Virus record (IMG/VR): IMGVR_UViG_3300027972_000015 | Coordinates: 1-53,725 of that record | Source of the DNA: a virus | Taxonomy: Duplodnaviria; Caudoviricetes | DNA: 53,725 bases | Direction: 5' to 3' (one strand) | Shown here: one piece after another, positions 17,845 to 27,100 of the stretch | Layout of the letters: every line of letters begins with the position of its first letter | Position numbering within the stretch: position 1 is the first letter of the stretch | Made by a program: the position numbers and the translations under genes | Notes under the pieces: generated by a model | Seen by the model: the letters and a program-made list of their open reading frames with translations, nothing else | Database searches by the model: none | Told to the model about the DNA's origin: nothing

Positions 17845-18320
17845 AGACGAACGACCAGATCAGAGACGAAGCCTGCAAGCGCGCCAACGAGCTAGCCGAC
17901 GAGATCAGGCGCAAGGCGATCGCTGCAGGGTGCTCGGAGGACGTGCGCGTCATCGGGTACGCCCTTGGCGTGGGGTACTACTTCCAGCGTCGCTACGACG
18001 GTCACGTGGAGATCAGTTTCGAGGCGCTGGCTGGAGGCCGGCCCAGACGCCGCAAAGTCAACGACTGCAAGAAGCCGATCGACGTTGACAAGATCGTCGC
18101 GCTGCTGGTCGAGCATGACGGGTACCGGAAGCGGCAGAGCCAGCAATGGCGGCTGGAGTCAGACGCTCAAGAGGCCAACGAGAAGGTGGCCGAGGAGCTA
18201 CGCGCGCTCGTTCCGTGGCTGACAATCACGGCTAGGACAAGCGGACTATGGCTCAGCGTCGATGCGCAGACTCCAGCGCAAGCTCGCGCCATCGTCGACG
18301 CGCTCAAGGTGCTGCCGTGA
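17841..18320 (+). CDS. Hypothetical protein (159 aa)
   Basis: GAGG RBS, ATGA overlap. Confidence 0.65.
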   Translation: MKTNDQIRDEACKRANELADEIRRKAIAAGCSEDVRVIGYALGVGYYFQRRYDGHVEISFEALAGGRPRRRKVNDCKKPIDVDKIVALLVEHDGYRKRQSQQWRLESDAQEANEKVAEELRALVPWLTITARTSGLWLSVDAQTPAQARAIVDALKVLP

Positions 18321-18432
18321 CCAAGCTCCCAGCCGTCTCGTGCCCAACCCGTCTCGGTTTCCTGCGCCTGCTCGCGGCCGGCCCGTCGGCGGCTCGTCCC
18401 AGGTTGGTCGTCTTCGCGGCGAAGGTGCGGCC

Positions 18433-18606
18433 ATGCTGAGCGACGTAGTGCTGGCCCGGTGGTTTGATTTACTGACTGAAGAACAGCGCGATTTCCTCGC
18501 GCGTGGAGACGCGATTCGCTTCTGTCAGAGCATTCGCAAAGAAACCGGCGACCTTGGGCTAGCTCTCAGGATCTACAAGCAACTACGCGAGGTGCTGTCA
18601 TGCTGA
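18433..18606 (+). CDS. Hypothetical protein (57 aa)
   Basis: AAGGTG RBS; helical. Confidence 0.45.
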   Translation: MLSDVVLARWFDLLTEEQRDFLARGDAIRFCQSIRKETGDLGLALRIYKQLREVLSC

Positions 18607-18818
18607 CCATCGACGACCGACGGGCTCGCGCACGCATTGATGGCGGCGGCGGTGTCCACGCTCTGCTCATCGGAGCCGTCACCGCTGGCGTCGACCCGGC
18701 GAACGTCTACTCAATCGGTCGTGACGCCGACAAGGTCATCCAGCAGCTCAAGCTTGAGGTGGCGGCGCTCAAGCAACGTCTCGACGTCGCCCGCACCGTA
18801 GGGGAGGCGCGCAAATGA
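18600..18818 (+). CDS. Hypothetical protein (72 aa)
   Basis: GAGGTG RBS. Confidence 0.5.
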   Translation: MLTIDDRRARARIDGGGGVHALLIGAVTAGVDPANVYSIGRDADKVIQQLKLEVAALKQRLDVARTVGEARK

Positions 18819-18897
18819 CCGGCCTGCTGCTGCTCGTGGCTCTGGCCTGGTCGCTGCCGCCGACGCTCTACCTGATGCTTCGATGGGAGGACGACGA

Positions 18898-19146
18898 ATG
18901 ACCGCCATCGACCGCCTGCTGGCCGAGCTGATGGACCGTCACCGCCCCGAGGGACGACAGCGCGCGATCGTCATCCAGCGCGTTGGTGCCGACAGCGTCC
19001 GCGTTTCCGTGACCGACGACGTCCACTACGCGGACATCATTGTAGGCCAACGCACGCTTGAGGCCGACGGGGCCAGCGCCGAGGACGCCGCCGAGAGACT
19101 GATCACCGCAACCGACGACAACGAAAGGAACGATCATGGGCTGTGA
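18898..19146 (+). CDS. Hypothetical protein (82 aa)
   Basis: GGAGG RBS; preceded by a 28-aa hydrophobic ORF (18815-18901). Confidence 0.55.
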   Translation: MTAIDRLLAELMDRHRPEGRQRAIVIQRVGADSVRVSVTDDVHYADIIVGQRTLEADGASAEDAAERLITATDDNERNDHGL

Positions 19147-19825
19147 CATTCACGTGCACTACGAGATCAGGACCGAGCAAGGGGCGTGGAAGCACTACGA
19201 TTGGGAGGCGAAACACGTCGTCGGCAAGTACGAAGACGGGGAGCGGAAGCTGAGTTACGACGCGTATTTCAAAGACCCGCTGCACGTCGATAGAAACTAC
19301 AACCTGTTCGCCGTGCTGGCTGACGTCCGCAACGGCCGTGGTTTCGCCGGAGTCTACACAGGCGAGGAGTTCAAGCCGATCAGCCCTCCGCGCGGACTGC
19401 CAGACGATGTATCGCCAGAAGTGCGGAATGAGTCCGACGAGTGGGGAGTGGACGGGCACTCGCATTCATGGCTGACGCTGGCGGAGCTGCTAGCGTTCGA
19501 CTACGAGCAGACGCGATCGTCTTCTGGGGTGGTGGACCTGGAAGAGTTCAAGGTCTTCACGGAAAAAGGCAAGCCGAACGAGTGGAGCGGCGACGTGATT
19601 GGGCGCAACGTGGTGCACGCAAGCAACACCGAGATGCTCGCTTACATCAAAGACGGGATTCCGAACGACGGCAAAATGTACGTTACGCGGGTGACCTGGC
19701 GGGAGACCTACCGAGACGCGATCGGGCCTTGGTGGTTCGCAACGCTGCAGAAGCTGCAAGAGATGCTCTGCTGGGAGACGCGTGGGCCAGAATCCGTGCG
19801 CATGGTGTTCTGGTTCGACAACTAG
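19136..19825 (+). CDS. Conserved phage protein of the MGCDIH type (229 aa)
   Basis: MGCDIH...RNYNLFAVLADVRN...PRGLPDD...HSHSWLTLAEL...RMVFWFDN. Confidence 0.8.
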   Translation: MGCDIHVHYEIRTEQGAWKHYDWEAKHVVGKYEDGERKLSYDAYFKDPLHVDRNYNLFAVLADVRNGRGFAGVYTGEEFKPISPPRGLPDDVSPEVRNESDEWGVDGHSHSWLTLAELLAFDYEQTRSSSGVVDLEEFKVFTEKGKPNEWSGDVIGRNVVHASNTEMLAYIKDGIPNDGKMYVTRVTWRETYRDAIGPWWFATLQKLQEMLCWETRGPESVRMVFWFDN

Positions 19826-19850
19826 CCTACCGAGCGAGAGGAGTAGCACA

Positions 19851-20057
19851 ATGCCAACCGCCGACTGGAAGAGACGCGCAACCGCCACGTCTGAAGCTGA
19901 CCCGTCGTGGGACGTCAACGAAGTCCCGTGGTGCAGCGTGCACGCCTGTGCAAACTACGACGGTAAACGCTGCATGCTCACCGGGGGTCACCCTGCGACT
20001 ATTTGCGAGCCCACGGTGGCCGCGATGGCCGCGATGATTCAAGCAGGAGAGGAATAG
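19851..20057 (+). CDS. Cys-containing hypothetical protein (68 aa)
   Basis: GAGGAG RBS. Confidence 0.5.
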   Translation: MPTADWKRRATATSEADPSWDVNEVPWCSVHACANYDGKRCMLTGGHPATICEPTVAAMAAMIQAGEE

Positions 20058-20061
20058 CACC

Positions 20062-20247
20062 ATGAGCGGAGGACCAAAGTTCCTGATCAACGGCTTCGAC
20101 ATCCGCGTCAGCGACGGTATCTGGTGGGTCTACGACGCACGCACTGGCCTGGCAGCCACGTGTGGTGACGGCCAACTCGTGTTCAGCGCGATCTACCAGG
20201 ACGTGGTTGACTGGTGCCTCGGACGCCCGTCGAGGATTGGCCAATGA
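20062..20247 (+). CDS. Hypothetical protein (61 aa)
   Basis: GAGGA RBS. Confidence 0.5.
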   Translation: MSGGPKFLINGFDIRVSDGIWWVYDARTGLAATCGDGQLVFSAIYQDVVDWCLGRPSRIGQ

Positions 20248-20555
20248 GCATCCTGGACGTCGAGGACACCGGCCTCGTCCACCGCATGCACGAGCACGGG
20301 CCGTGCCGCGGGATGGGCTGCGACCACTGCTGCGGCACCGGGCGCGACGTGAAGTGCACGGTGTGCCTGGACAAGGGCAACGTGTTCTGCGAGCTCGAAA
20401 TGCACGACGGCCAGGGCCGGCGCCGGGCGTGGCTCTGCTTCGAGTGCTACCGGTGGGCATGGCTCTGCGAAGAGATCCTGCAAGGCGAAGTGCTCGTAGC
20501 GCCGCTGATGGCGCACGAGTTGGCTCAACTCACCGACAAGGGGACTGCAACATGA
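20244..20555 (+). CDS. Cys-rich zinc-finger protein (103 aa)
   Basis: CRGMGCDHCCGTG, CTVC, CFEC. Confidence 0.55.
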   Translation: MSILDVEDTGLVHRMHEHGPCRGMGCDHCCGTGRDVKCTVCLDKGNVFCELEMHDGQGRRRAWLCFECYRWAWLCEEILQGEVLVAPLMAHELAQLTDKGTAT

Positions 20556-20890
20556 CGAAGAAAGAACGACTGGCCGACGCACTGTTGATGGCGGCGAAGG
20601 CTTGGCAGGGAGGAAATTCCAGGTTCGACATTGGGATGAACTTGCAATCCGAGAAGGATACTGAATTCTCATGGGCTCCCGACGACTCGGATTGGAACTT
20701 CCAGAGACGCTGTGATGACAGCGCGTCCTGCGCCCTCTCCGAAGTCGCCGGCATGGGATTCGACCTGGTCAACGCCAGCGGGACCGACTGCGAGAAGGTG
20801 GCGGAGATGTTGCGCGCCTCGCTTGAGCCGGCGCCGACGGGCCACGCCTACGGGTACGTGTCCAGCCTCAAGATTGAGGGCGGCGAGTGA
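20552..20890 (+). CDS. Hypothetical protein (112 aa)
   Basis: ATGA/GTGA overlaps. Confidence 0.55.
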   Translation: MTKKERLADALLMAAKAWQGGNSRFDIGMNLQSEKDTEFSWAPDDSDWNFQRRCDDSASCALSEVAGMGFDLVNASGTDCEKVAEMLRASLEPAPTGHAYGYVSSLKIEGGE

Positions 20891-21771
20891 GGTGCTCGGC
20901 GCTGCCGCTGCCAGCAGGCATGCACAGAGGCATCAGTCACGACGACTACCACGCTGACCCGTGCGAGGCGCCATCGCTGTCCAGCCACATGGCCGGCATC
21001 CTGCTTGGCAAGTCGCCGCTGCACGCGTGGCGCGCCCACCCGCGACTTGGTGCCAAGGCAAGGCAGAAGGACACAGACGCCAAGGACGCCGGTTCAATCC
21101 GCCACAAGCTGGTCTATGGAGTCGGCCCGGCGATCGTCGTCGTGGACGCGGACGACTGGCGAAAGAAGGACGCGCAGCAGGCGCGTGACGAGGCCCGCGC
21201 TAACGGGGAAATCCCGGTGCTCGCCCGCAAGATGCGAGACGCGGAGGAAGAGGCGTCGCTCATCATCGACGGATACCCGGTGCCGATCAATGAGTGCGCC
21301 GTCGAGCTGACCGTAGTCTGGTTTGATGCCGAGTTCGGCATCTGGTGCCGGTCGCGCGTCGACTCTTGGCACCGCCAAACGGCGACGATCTACGACTTGA
21401 AGACGTGCGAGAACATGGTCGCGGCTGCCAGCGGAAGCACATGCATCAAGTACGGTTACGACATCCAGGCCGCCGCGAACATCGAAGGAATCGAAACCAA
21501 CTTGCCGGAACTCGCGGGCAGGGTACAATTCAAGTTCCATTTCGTGGAGCCAGGAATTACGCCGTCCACACCGGAGCTTTCCGGCGAGCTGCTGGAACTC
21601 GGGCGCCGCAAGTGGAAACGAGCCAAGGAGATTTGGGCGCAGTGCCTGAAGTCCGACAAGTGGCCAGGTCCTCAGATCACACGCATCGAGGCCCCACCGT
21701 GGTCGACGGCGCAGGACATGGAACAGCAACTCAAGCAACTTGAAGGGGGTTCAGATGGAATCGGTTTCTAG
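20887..21771 (+). CDS. RecE/exonuclease VIII-like PD-(D/E)xK nuclease (DUF3799-like)
   Basis: ISHDDYHAD, LSS, GSIRH, CRSRVD, IYDLKT, YGYDIQAA, KWPG. Confidence 0.85.
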   Translation: MRCSALPLPAGMHRGISHDDYHADPCEAPSLSSHMAGILLGKSPLHAWRAHPRLGAKARQKDTDAKDAGSIRHKLVYGVGPAIVVVDADDWRKKDAQQARDEARANGEIPVLARKMRDAEEEASLIIDGYPVPINECAVELTVVWFDAEFGIWCRSRVDSWHRQTATIYDLKTCENMVAAASGSTCIKYGYDIQAAANIEGIETNLPELAGRVQFKFHFVEPGITPSTPELSGELLELGRRKWKRAKEIWAQCLKSDKWPGPQITRIEAPPWSTAQDMEQQLKQLEGGSDGIGF

Positions 21772-22765
21772 AAAGTTCGACGACAAGCCGGCAGTATTGG
21801 AGCGCGTCCCGCTGCTGGTTGGACTGGTCGGGTCCAGCGGCTCTGGGAAGACGTTCTCGGCTCTGCGGCTGGCCACTGGCATTCAGCGGGTCACCGGCGG
21901 TGACATCGGGTTCGTGGACACCGAGGCGAAGCGGGCGCTTCACTACTCCACCAAGTTCAAGTTTCGTCATGTCCCGTTCGGCGCTCCGTTCTCTCCACTC
22001 GACTACCTGGCAGCCATCGAGCACTACGTGTCTCGCGGCGTGAAAACGATCGTGGTGGACAGCATGAGCCACGAACACGAGGGCCCCGGCGGCGTGCTGG
22101 AGGAGCACGACGAGGAGACGACGAGGCTAGCCGCCGCGTGGAAGGTTAGCCGCGACTCCGCGCAGATGAGCGCGTGGGCACAACCCAAAGCCAAACGGCG
22201 GAGGCTCATCAACTCCATTCTGCAGATGGAGATCAACGCCGTTTTCTGCTTCAGGGCCAAGGAGAAGATCAAGCCGGTCAAGGGCGGCAAGCCGATGGAG
22301 CTTGGATGGATGCCGATCGCCGGCGAGGAGTTCGTGTACGAGATGACGGCCAACTGCCTGCTCTACCCGCAGTGTGGCGGCGTCCCGACCTGGAAGACGG
22401 ACCAGCCGGGTGAGCGCGCGATCATCAAGCTCCCCGAGCAGTTCGCCGGCCTGTTCGCGAAGCCGCACGCGTTGTGTGAGGAAGACGGCGAGCACATGGC
22501 GAAGTGGGCGGAGGGCGGAGTGGTGCCGGCGTCGCAGCCAAAACCGAACGCCTGGGCCGGCATCTTCGCAAAGGTTGCCGCGCTCGGCGGGCCTGACGCT
22601 CAGGATCGAATCCTAGCCTTCGTCGGGCGATCGTCCGTCGAAGAGTTGACCAACGCCGACGGCAACCGCATCGTGGCCGCTGGCAAGAAGGTCAAGGAAG
22701 GCGCGTCGACGTTCGATGCCGAGTTCCCCAAGGATGGCTCTCCTGCCGAGGAGCCGTCCAAGTGA
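21755..22765 (+). CDS. AAA_24/Sak4-like recombination ATPase (336 aa)
   Basis: Walker A GSSGSGKT, VDTE, Walker B IVVDSMSHEHEG, FVYEMT; adjacent to RecE-like gene. Confidence 0.85.
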   Translation: MESVSRKFDDKPAVLERVPLLVGLVGSSGSGKTFSALRLATGIQRVTGGDIGFVDTEAKRALHYSTKFKFRHVPFGAPFSPLDYLAAIEHYVSRGVKTIVVDSMSHEHEGPGGVLEEHDEETTRLAAAWKVSRDSAQMSAWAQPKAKRRRLINSILQMEINAVFCFRAKEKIKPVKGGKPMELGWMPIAGEEFVYEMTANCLLYPQCGGVPTWKTDQPGERAIIKLPEQFAGLFAKPHALCEEDGEHMAKWAEGGVVPASQPKPNAWAGIFAKVAALGGPDAQDRILAFVGRSSVEELTNADGNRIVAAGKKVKEGASTFDAEFPKDGSPAEEPSK

Positions 22766-23003
22766 TTTCCGCCGCCGTCTCGCTCCTCCTTCCGGCTCGT
22801 CACCGGCGTCGTCATGGCGAGGCGGCGGCACTCTCATCAACCACCAACCCCCACGAGGTGCCCCACCGAACACAATCCCACGTCCGAAAAACTGAATAGT
22901 CCCGTCCTTCCCTCCGCCTGATTCACAGGCAAACGGCGACCACGGCCGGCATTCAGCGAACGGTGGGAGCCGACGCGATCGTCACGATCACACACCAATA
23001 GGC

Positions 23004-23085
23004 GCCGCGTCGGTTGTGCCGCTACCCTGGTAAAGCAGCCTCGAAAGCTGTGGGTTTCGCCGGTGTTCGATTCGCCGGAGGCGGC
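23004..23085 (+). ncRNA. Degenerate tRNA-like element (possible CGA anticodon loop)
   Basis: T-arm CGGTG-TTCGATT-CGCCG; GCCGCGTC/GAGGCGGC acceptor-like stem with one mismatch; GCAGC-CTCGAAA-GCTGT; no canonical D-arm, no CCA. Confidence 0.3.
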
Positions 23086-23313
23086 CTAAATGTTCCACTG
23101 GTTACTAGTCCAAGTCGGCACCATCGAAGTTGATGGCAAAGAAGAAACGCAGCTCGACTTGGGAAACCGCAATCGCGTCGGCGCAAACACCGATCGCCGT
23201 CGGATTGCTCATTACAACACCGTCCTGGCTGGGTTCGGCTCCAGAGTTGTGACGGTTACGGCCGCCAAGCTCCGGGCTGAAACGACATAGGACCGAGCGG
23301 AGGAGCGAGGAAA

Positions 23314-23412
23314 TCCAAGGGCTTTCGGAAGAGCGCCGAACGTGGTGGCAATGGAACCCACGATGGGATGTGTTCCCAAAAGGCGATCGCGGTTCGACTC
23401 CGCGCCTTGGAC
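23314..23412 (+). ncRNA. tRNA-like element with branched insert in place of the anticodon loop
   Basis: Perfect 7-bp TCCAAGG/CCTTGGA next to perfect T-arm CGCGG-TTCGACT-CCGCG. Confidence 0.5.
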
Positions 23413-23424
23413 CTGAGGTGAACC

Positions 23425-23640
23425 ATGCAGCAACTGGATCTTCTCTCCGTCGAGCCGAAGCCGACCACGAAGCGCAAGCCGGGACCGCTGACCGACCTGC
23501 GCCGGTGTCCGCGGTGCCACTTGAGAGGCCCGCACGAGTGCTTGTACGACGAGCCTCACGAGGCCTTCGTCCGTCGCGGCGAGGCCGTGATCGTCGTCCG
23601 TCGCGGCGAGGCCGTGATCGTCGAGAACATGAGGAGGTAA
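23425..23640 (+). CDS. Hypothetical protein with CPRC..H.C motif and 27-bp tandem duplication
   Basis: GAGGTG RBS; VRRGEAVIV x2 (23567-23620). Confidence 0.55.
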   Translation: MQQLDLLSVEPKPTTKRKPGPLTDLRRCPRCHLRGPHECLYDEPHEAFVRRGEAVIVVRRGEAVIVENMRR

Positions 23641-23644
23641 GAGC

Positions 23645-23794
23645 ATGACGAAGACGCAGGAGACACGGGCAACGAGGCTGGCGCTGCAACTCGGGATGAT
23701 CAAGGACGGTAAGCCGTCATGGGCGATCCGAAAGGCGCTCAAGGAATTCGACGATCGGGCCGGGACCGAGAAGGCCAAGGAGCGCGCCAAGTGA
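23645..23794 (+). CDS. Small basic protein (49 aa)
   Basis: GAGGAGG RBS; first of coupled small ORFs (then 23791-23961 and 23958-24122). Confidence 0.45.
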   Translation: MTKTQETRATRLALQLGMIKDGKPSWAIRKALKEFDDRAGTEKAKERAK

Positions 23795-24118
23795 AGCCGC
23801 ACAAGGGTGGGTTCAACGAGTTCGAGGCTTCCCTGAAGCGACGAATGGAGAAGCTCGCGGAGATCCACGCCGACGCGCCTGACGGGGAACGGCGGGCGAT
23901 TCTGGCGCGGGCACGGAGGGAGATGGTCGAGCGTTCGCGGGTACGGAGGGCGCGCCCGTGACCGACGCGAAGACGTCCAAGCTCCGCGCGCTGGCAAAGC
24001 TTTGCATGACGGTTCTGGCCATCGAGGCCGACGGCCGGCGTGGCTGCGATGTCAAGTTCGCTGGCACGCGGAGGATGGCTGAAAAGGTGCTCGGGATCAT
24101 TCGGGAGAAGCAGAAGCC

Positions 24119-24358
24119 GTGACCGCGTACCACCGCTACCGCCAACGCGGACAGTGCGTTCGGTGCGGGGAATCTCACGTCGGCTCGGCGTACTGCGATC
24201 GGTGCGCGGCCGTCCGCTCCGAGGCCCGCAAACGCCGCTACCGCGAGATGGTCGAGCAACGCGTATGCCCGCAATGCGGACGGCAGCACGAGGATGACCG
24301 CGTCCACTGCTCCGACTGCAGGCTTCGCGAGAAGCTGCGCGCCTGCGCGGCGGCGTGA
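24119..24358 (+). CDS. Zinc-finger protein (79 aa)
   Basis: Four CxxC pairs (CVRC, CDRC, CPQC, CSDC). Confidence 0.6.
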   Translation: MTAYHRYRQRGQCVRCGESHVGSAYCDRCAAVRSEARKRRYREMVEQRVCPQCGRQHEDDRVHCSDCRLREKLRACAAA

Positions 24359-24473
24359 GTCCCCCTCACCTTTGATGCGATGGCGCCCGAGAAGTTGCGG
24401 GCGTCGCTGAAAATTCGCTTGACGAGCGTTTCGGTTTTGGAACATGATGTGGAATCCAAATGGAGCATGCAAC

Positions 24474-24833
24474 GTGAAGCTTCTCGTCTGCGGTGGCCGC
24501 GACTTTTCCGACTACGCATTGGTCAAGTCTACGCTGGATGTTTTCGGAGGCAGCCGCGGAGTCACTCTTGCCCACGGTGGCGCTCGCGGCGCTGACTTGT
24601 TGGCCGGACGATACGCCGCTTCACGCGGCTGGCCCGTCCGCGTCTTCCCTGCGGACTGGCAAGCGCACGGCAAGTCAGCGGGCCCCCGTCGCAACCAGCA
24701 GATGCTTACCGAGTTCGTGCCTGACCTGGTGATCGCGTTCCCAGGCGGTCGCGGTACGTCCGACATGATTGCCCGCGCCCGTCGCGCCGGCGTTCCAGTT
24801 CGCGAGGTTTCAGCACCGGAGCAGCAGCAATGA
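24474..24833 (+). CDS. SLOG-family protein (YspA/DUF2493-like, 119 aa)
   Basis: LLVCGGRDF, HGGARGAD, PADW..HGKSAGPRRNQQM, AFPGGRGTSDM. Confidence 0.9.
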   Translation: MKLLVCGGRDFSDYALVKSTLDVFGGSRGVTLAHGGARGADLLAGRYAASRGWPVRVFPADWQAHGKSAGPRRNQQMLTEFVPDLVIAFPGGRGTSDMIARARRAGVPVREVSAPEQQQ

Positions 24834-25054
24834 CCTACCTCCGCCCCTTCGTCTGGTCCTTCCTCAGCACGTGCCTGTTCTTCGCGGTGGCCTTCGGCGA
24901 CTGCTACCAGCAGGCTCTCGCGCTGTTCGGTGTGCTGGTGCTCGCACTTGCTGAGCTTCGCGCGCTACGTGTCGAGCGCGACATGGCGCGGTTCACCCGC
25001 GAGCATGCGCTGTCGACGCTCGCAGTGATGTCGCGGAAGCGGGGGCAGTCGTGA
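24830..25054 (+). CDS. Small membrane protein (74 aa)
   Basis: Two hydrophobic segments; overlaps on both sides. Confidence 0.5.
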   Translation: MTYLRPFVWSFLSTCLFFAVAFGDCYQQALALFGVLVLALAELRALRVERDMARFTREHALSTLAVMSRKRGQS

Positions 25055-25707
25055 AACCATACTACGAGCACGCCGGAATCACCATTTTCCATGGGGACTT
25101 CCGGGAAGTGCTGCCGACGGTGACGGCAGACGTGCTGGTGACTGACCCTCCGTATGGGATTGCGTATAGCAGCGGAAAGACTGGACACCATGGCGGAATT
25201 TCACTTTGCGGAATAGCGGGTGATCAAGACACGTCACTCCGGGATGCGCTTCTGAAATGTTGGAGCGGTCGTCCGGCATTGGTGTTTGGAACGTGGAAGC
25301 GTTCGCGTCCAGAATGTTCCATGGTTTTGATCTGGGAGAAGGGCGACCACGTCGGTATGGGGGATCTGTCACTTCCATGGAAGCCAAACACCGAGGAGAT
25401 CTATGTGATCGGGACAGGGTTTTCTGGCCGCCGTAATAGTTCGGTGTTGAGAATCAATGCTCCGGTGACATGGAATTCCGTGGGGCACGGTAGACACCAT
25501 GCTCACGAAAAGCCATTGGCATTGATGGTTGAGCTGATAGCGAAGTGTCCGCCTGGAACCGTGCTTGACCCATTCATGGGCAGCGGCACCACGCTAGTCG
25601 CCGCGAAGAATTTCGGCCGCAAGGCAATCGGAATTGAGATAGAAGAAAAATATTGTGAGATTGCGGCCAAGCGCCTGAGCCAAGAGATTCTGCCGGGGAT
25701 TGCGTGA
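25051..25707 (+). CDS. DNA methyltransferase, N6A/N4C beta class (218 aa)
   Basis: TDPPY catalytic motif precedes VLDPFMGSGTT SAM motif; HEKP; GIEIEEKYCEIA. Confidence 0.92.
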   Translation: MKPYYEHAGITIFHGDFREVLPTVTADVLVTDPPYGIAYSSGKTGHHGGISLCGIAGDQDTSLRDALLKCWSGRPALVFGTWKRSRPECSMVLIWEKGDHVGMGDLSLPWKPNTEEIYVIGTGFSGRRNSSVLRINAPVTWNSVGHGRHHAHEKPLALMVELIAKCPPGTVLDPFMGSGTTLVAAKNFGRKAIGIEIEEKYCEIAAKRLSQEILPGIA

Positions 25708-25838
25708 TGCTCCGAGAGTTCTACTTCGCCCATCGCTACAGCGACCCGTCCACTCACGTGCGCGCCGAGAACCTGATCCGCGCCCGCGCACGCCTCGACT
25801 ACCTGCGCCCGTCGTACGCCATGGAGGATGAATCATGA
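25707..25838 (+). pseudogene. Truncated NDT-like paralog fragment (43 aa)
   Basis: FYFAHRYS...VRAENL parallels VYLASPYS...VRQWRF of the next gene. Confidence 0.35.
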
Positions 25839-26227
25839 AGACCCTCGTTTACCTTGCATCGCCGTACTCGCATGATGACCAGGCTGTGCGTCAGTGGAGG
25901 TTTGATCGAATCAACGAGGCAGCATCGTTCCTCATGCGCCGTGGTCTGCACATCTTCTCGCCAATCAGCGAGTGTCATCCAATCGCCATGGCCGGCGGAT
26001 TGCCAACGGACTGGGCCTTCTGGAAGGACTACGACGAGGCCATCCTGTCCATGTGCCGTGCGCTCGTTGTCCTGATGTTGCCAGGGTGGGACAAGTCGAC
26101 CGGCGTCGCAGGAGAGACGCAGATCGCGCGTCGCCTTGACATTGAAATGCTGTGGACATACCCGGACGATGCTCATCTGGCAGAGGTGGCTGATGCGCTC
26201 GGACGGACGGTGGAGGAGGTGCGGTGA
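25835..26227 (+). CDS. DUF1937 / nucleoside deoxyribosyltransferase-like protein (130 aa)
   Basis: YLASPYS, FSPISECH, FWKDYD, LPGWDKSTGVAGE. Confidence 0.85.
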   Translation: MKTLVYLASPYSHDDQAVRQWRFDRINEAASFLMRRGLHIFSPISECHPIAMAGGLPTDWAFWKDYDEAILSMCRALVVLMLPGWDKSTGVAGETQIARRLDIEMLWTYPDDAHLAEVADALGRTVEEVR

Positions 26228-26829
26228 TCGCCGCCCTTTACGTCGACGCTCGCGGCATCTACTCGGGAAGGTCAGACGTTGATGTCTGGGACATCTCAAG
26301 GGACGCCCGCAAGTACGACGGGCCATGGCCTGTTGTCGCGCATCCTCCGTGCGAGAGGTGGGGACGCTACTGGAGCGGCGGCCCGTCGGCGCGCGTTCGG
26401 CGAACGCTTGGCGACGATGGGGGATGCTTTGCCGCTGCGTTGGCTTCAGTTCGCACGTTTGGCGGGGTGCTTGAGCACCCAGAGGCCAGCCACGCATTCA
26501 AGGCTCACGGCATGCTGACGCCGCCGAAGTCTGGCGGATGGGTCGCTGCGGGCGACGGTATCGGGTGGGTATGCTGTGTGGAACAGGGCCACTACGGCCA
26601 CCGAGCACGCAAGGCTACGTGGCTCTATGCGGTTCGGTGCGAGCTACCATCTCTGCGATGGGGAAAGGCTCACGGGAAAGACCGTCTTGACGACGGATTT
26701 CACAGCAAGGAAGAGCGCCGTCGAGCCGTGCGAACCGGAGTTTGCCAACGGCTGAGCGCCAAACAGCGCGCAGCCACCCCCCATGCCTTCGCCGAGCTGC
26801 TGCTGGCCATGGCCAGGAGCGCGCGGTGA
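26224..26829 (+). CDS. Atypical short DNA cytosine-5 methyltransferase-like protein (201 aa)
   Basis: VVAHPPC catalytic PC, VLEHP, QGHYGHRARKATWL, RAATP..FAELL. Confidence 0.7.
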   Translation: MIAALYVDARGIYSGRSDVDVWDISRDARKYDGPWPVVAHPPCERWGRYWSGGPSARVRRTLGDDGGCFAAALASVRTFGGVLEHPEASHAFKAHGMLTPPKSGGWVAAGDGIGWVCCVEQGHYGHRARKATWLYAVRCELPSLRWGKAHGKDRLDDGFHSKEERRRAVRTGVCQRLSAKQRAATPHAFAELLLAMARSAR

Positions 26830-27047
26830 AGTGCCCCATCAACCGCCGCGCGATCGACCCGTGCCCGCGCAAGGTCGCGACCGGGGTGGCCAACGAATGC
26901 CAGGATTGCATCGACCAGTGGCAGGAACGCGCCGCCCTGATCGCCGACGGCTGCAGGCTCACGCAGCCGCAGGCAGAGGCCGAGGCGACTAAGCAGTTGC
27001 GGGAGGCCGTCGAGCTCGCCGAACGCGGCCAGCGCTCCCTCTTCTGA
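26826..27047 (+). CDS. Hypothetical protein (73 aa; ERAALI motif)
   Basis: GTGA overlap, AGGAG RBS. Confidence 0.5.
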   Translation: MKCPINRRAIDPCPRKVATGVANECQDCIDQWQERAALIADGCRLTQPQAEAEATKQLREAVELAERGQRSLF

Positions 27048-27100
27048 CCGCCGACGGGCCGCCTTAGATGCGCGGCCGAGCGAAAAGTTGCAGCTCGTGG

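Noticed and set aside
22769-22829. CCGCCGCC/GGCGGCGG hairpin after the ATPase as a terminator
   Set aside because: Large loop and no U-tract; GC-rich pairing could be chance
23388-23412. attP made of a tRNA 3' end
   Set aside because: No integrase recognised, and the matching 5' acceptor strand is present, so it is more than a 3' fragment
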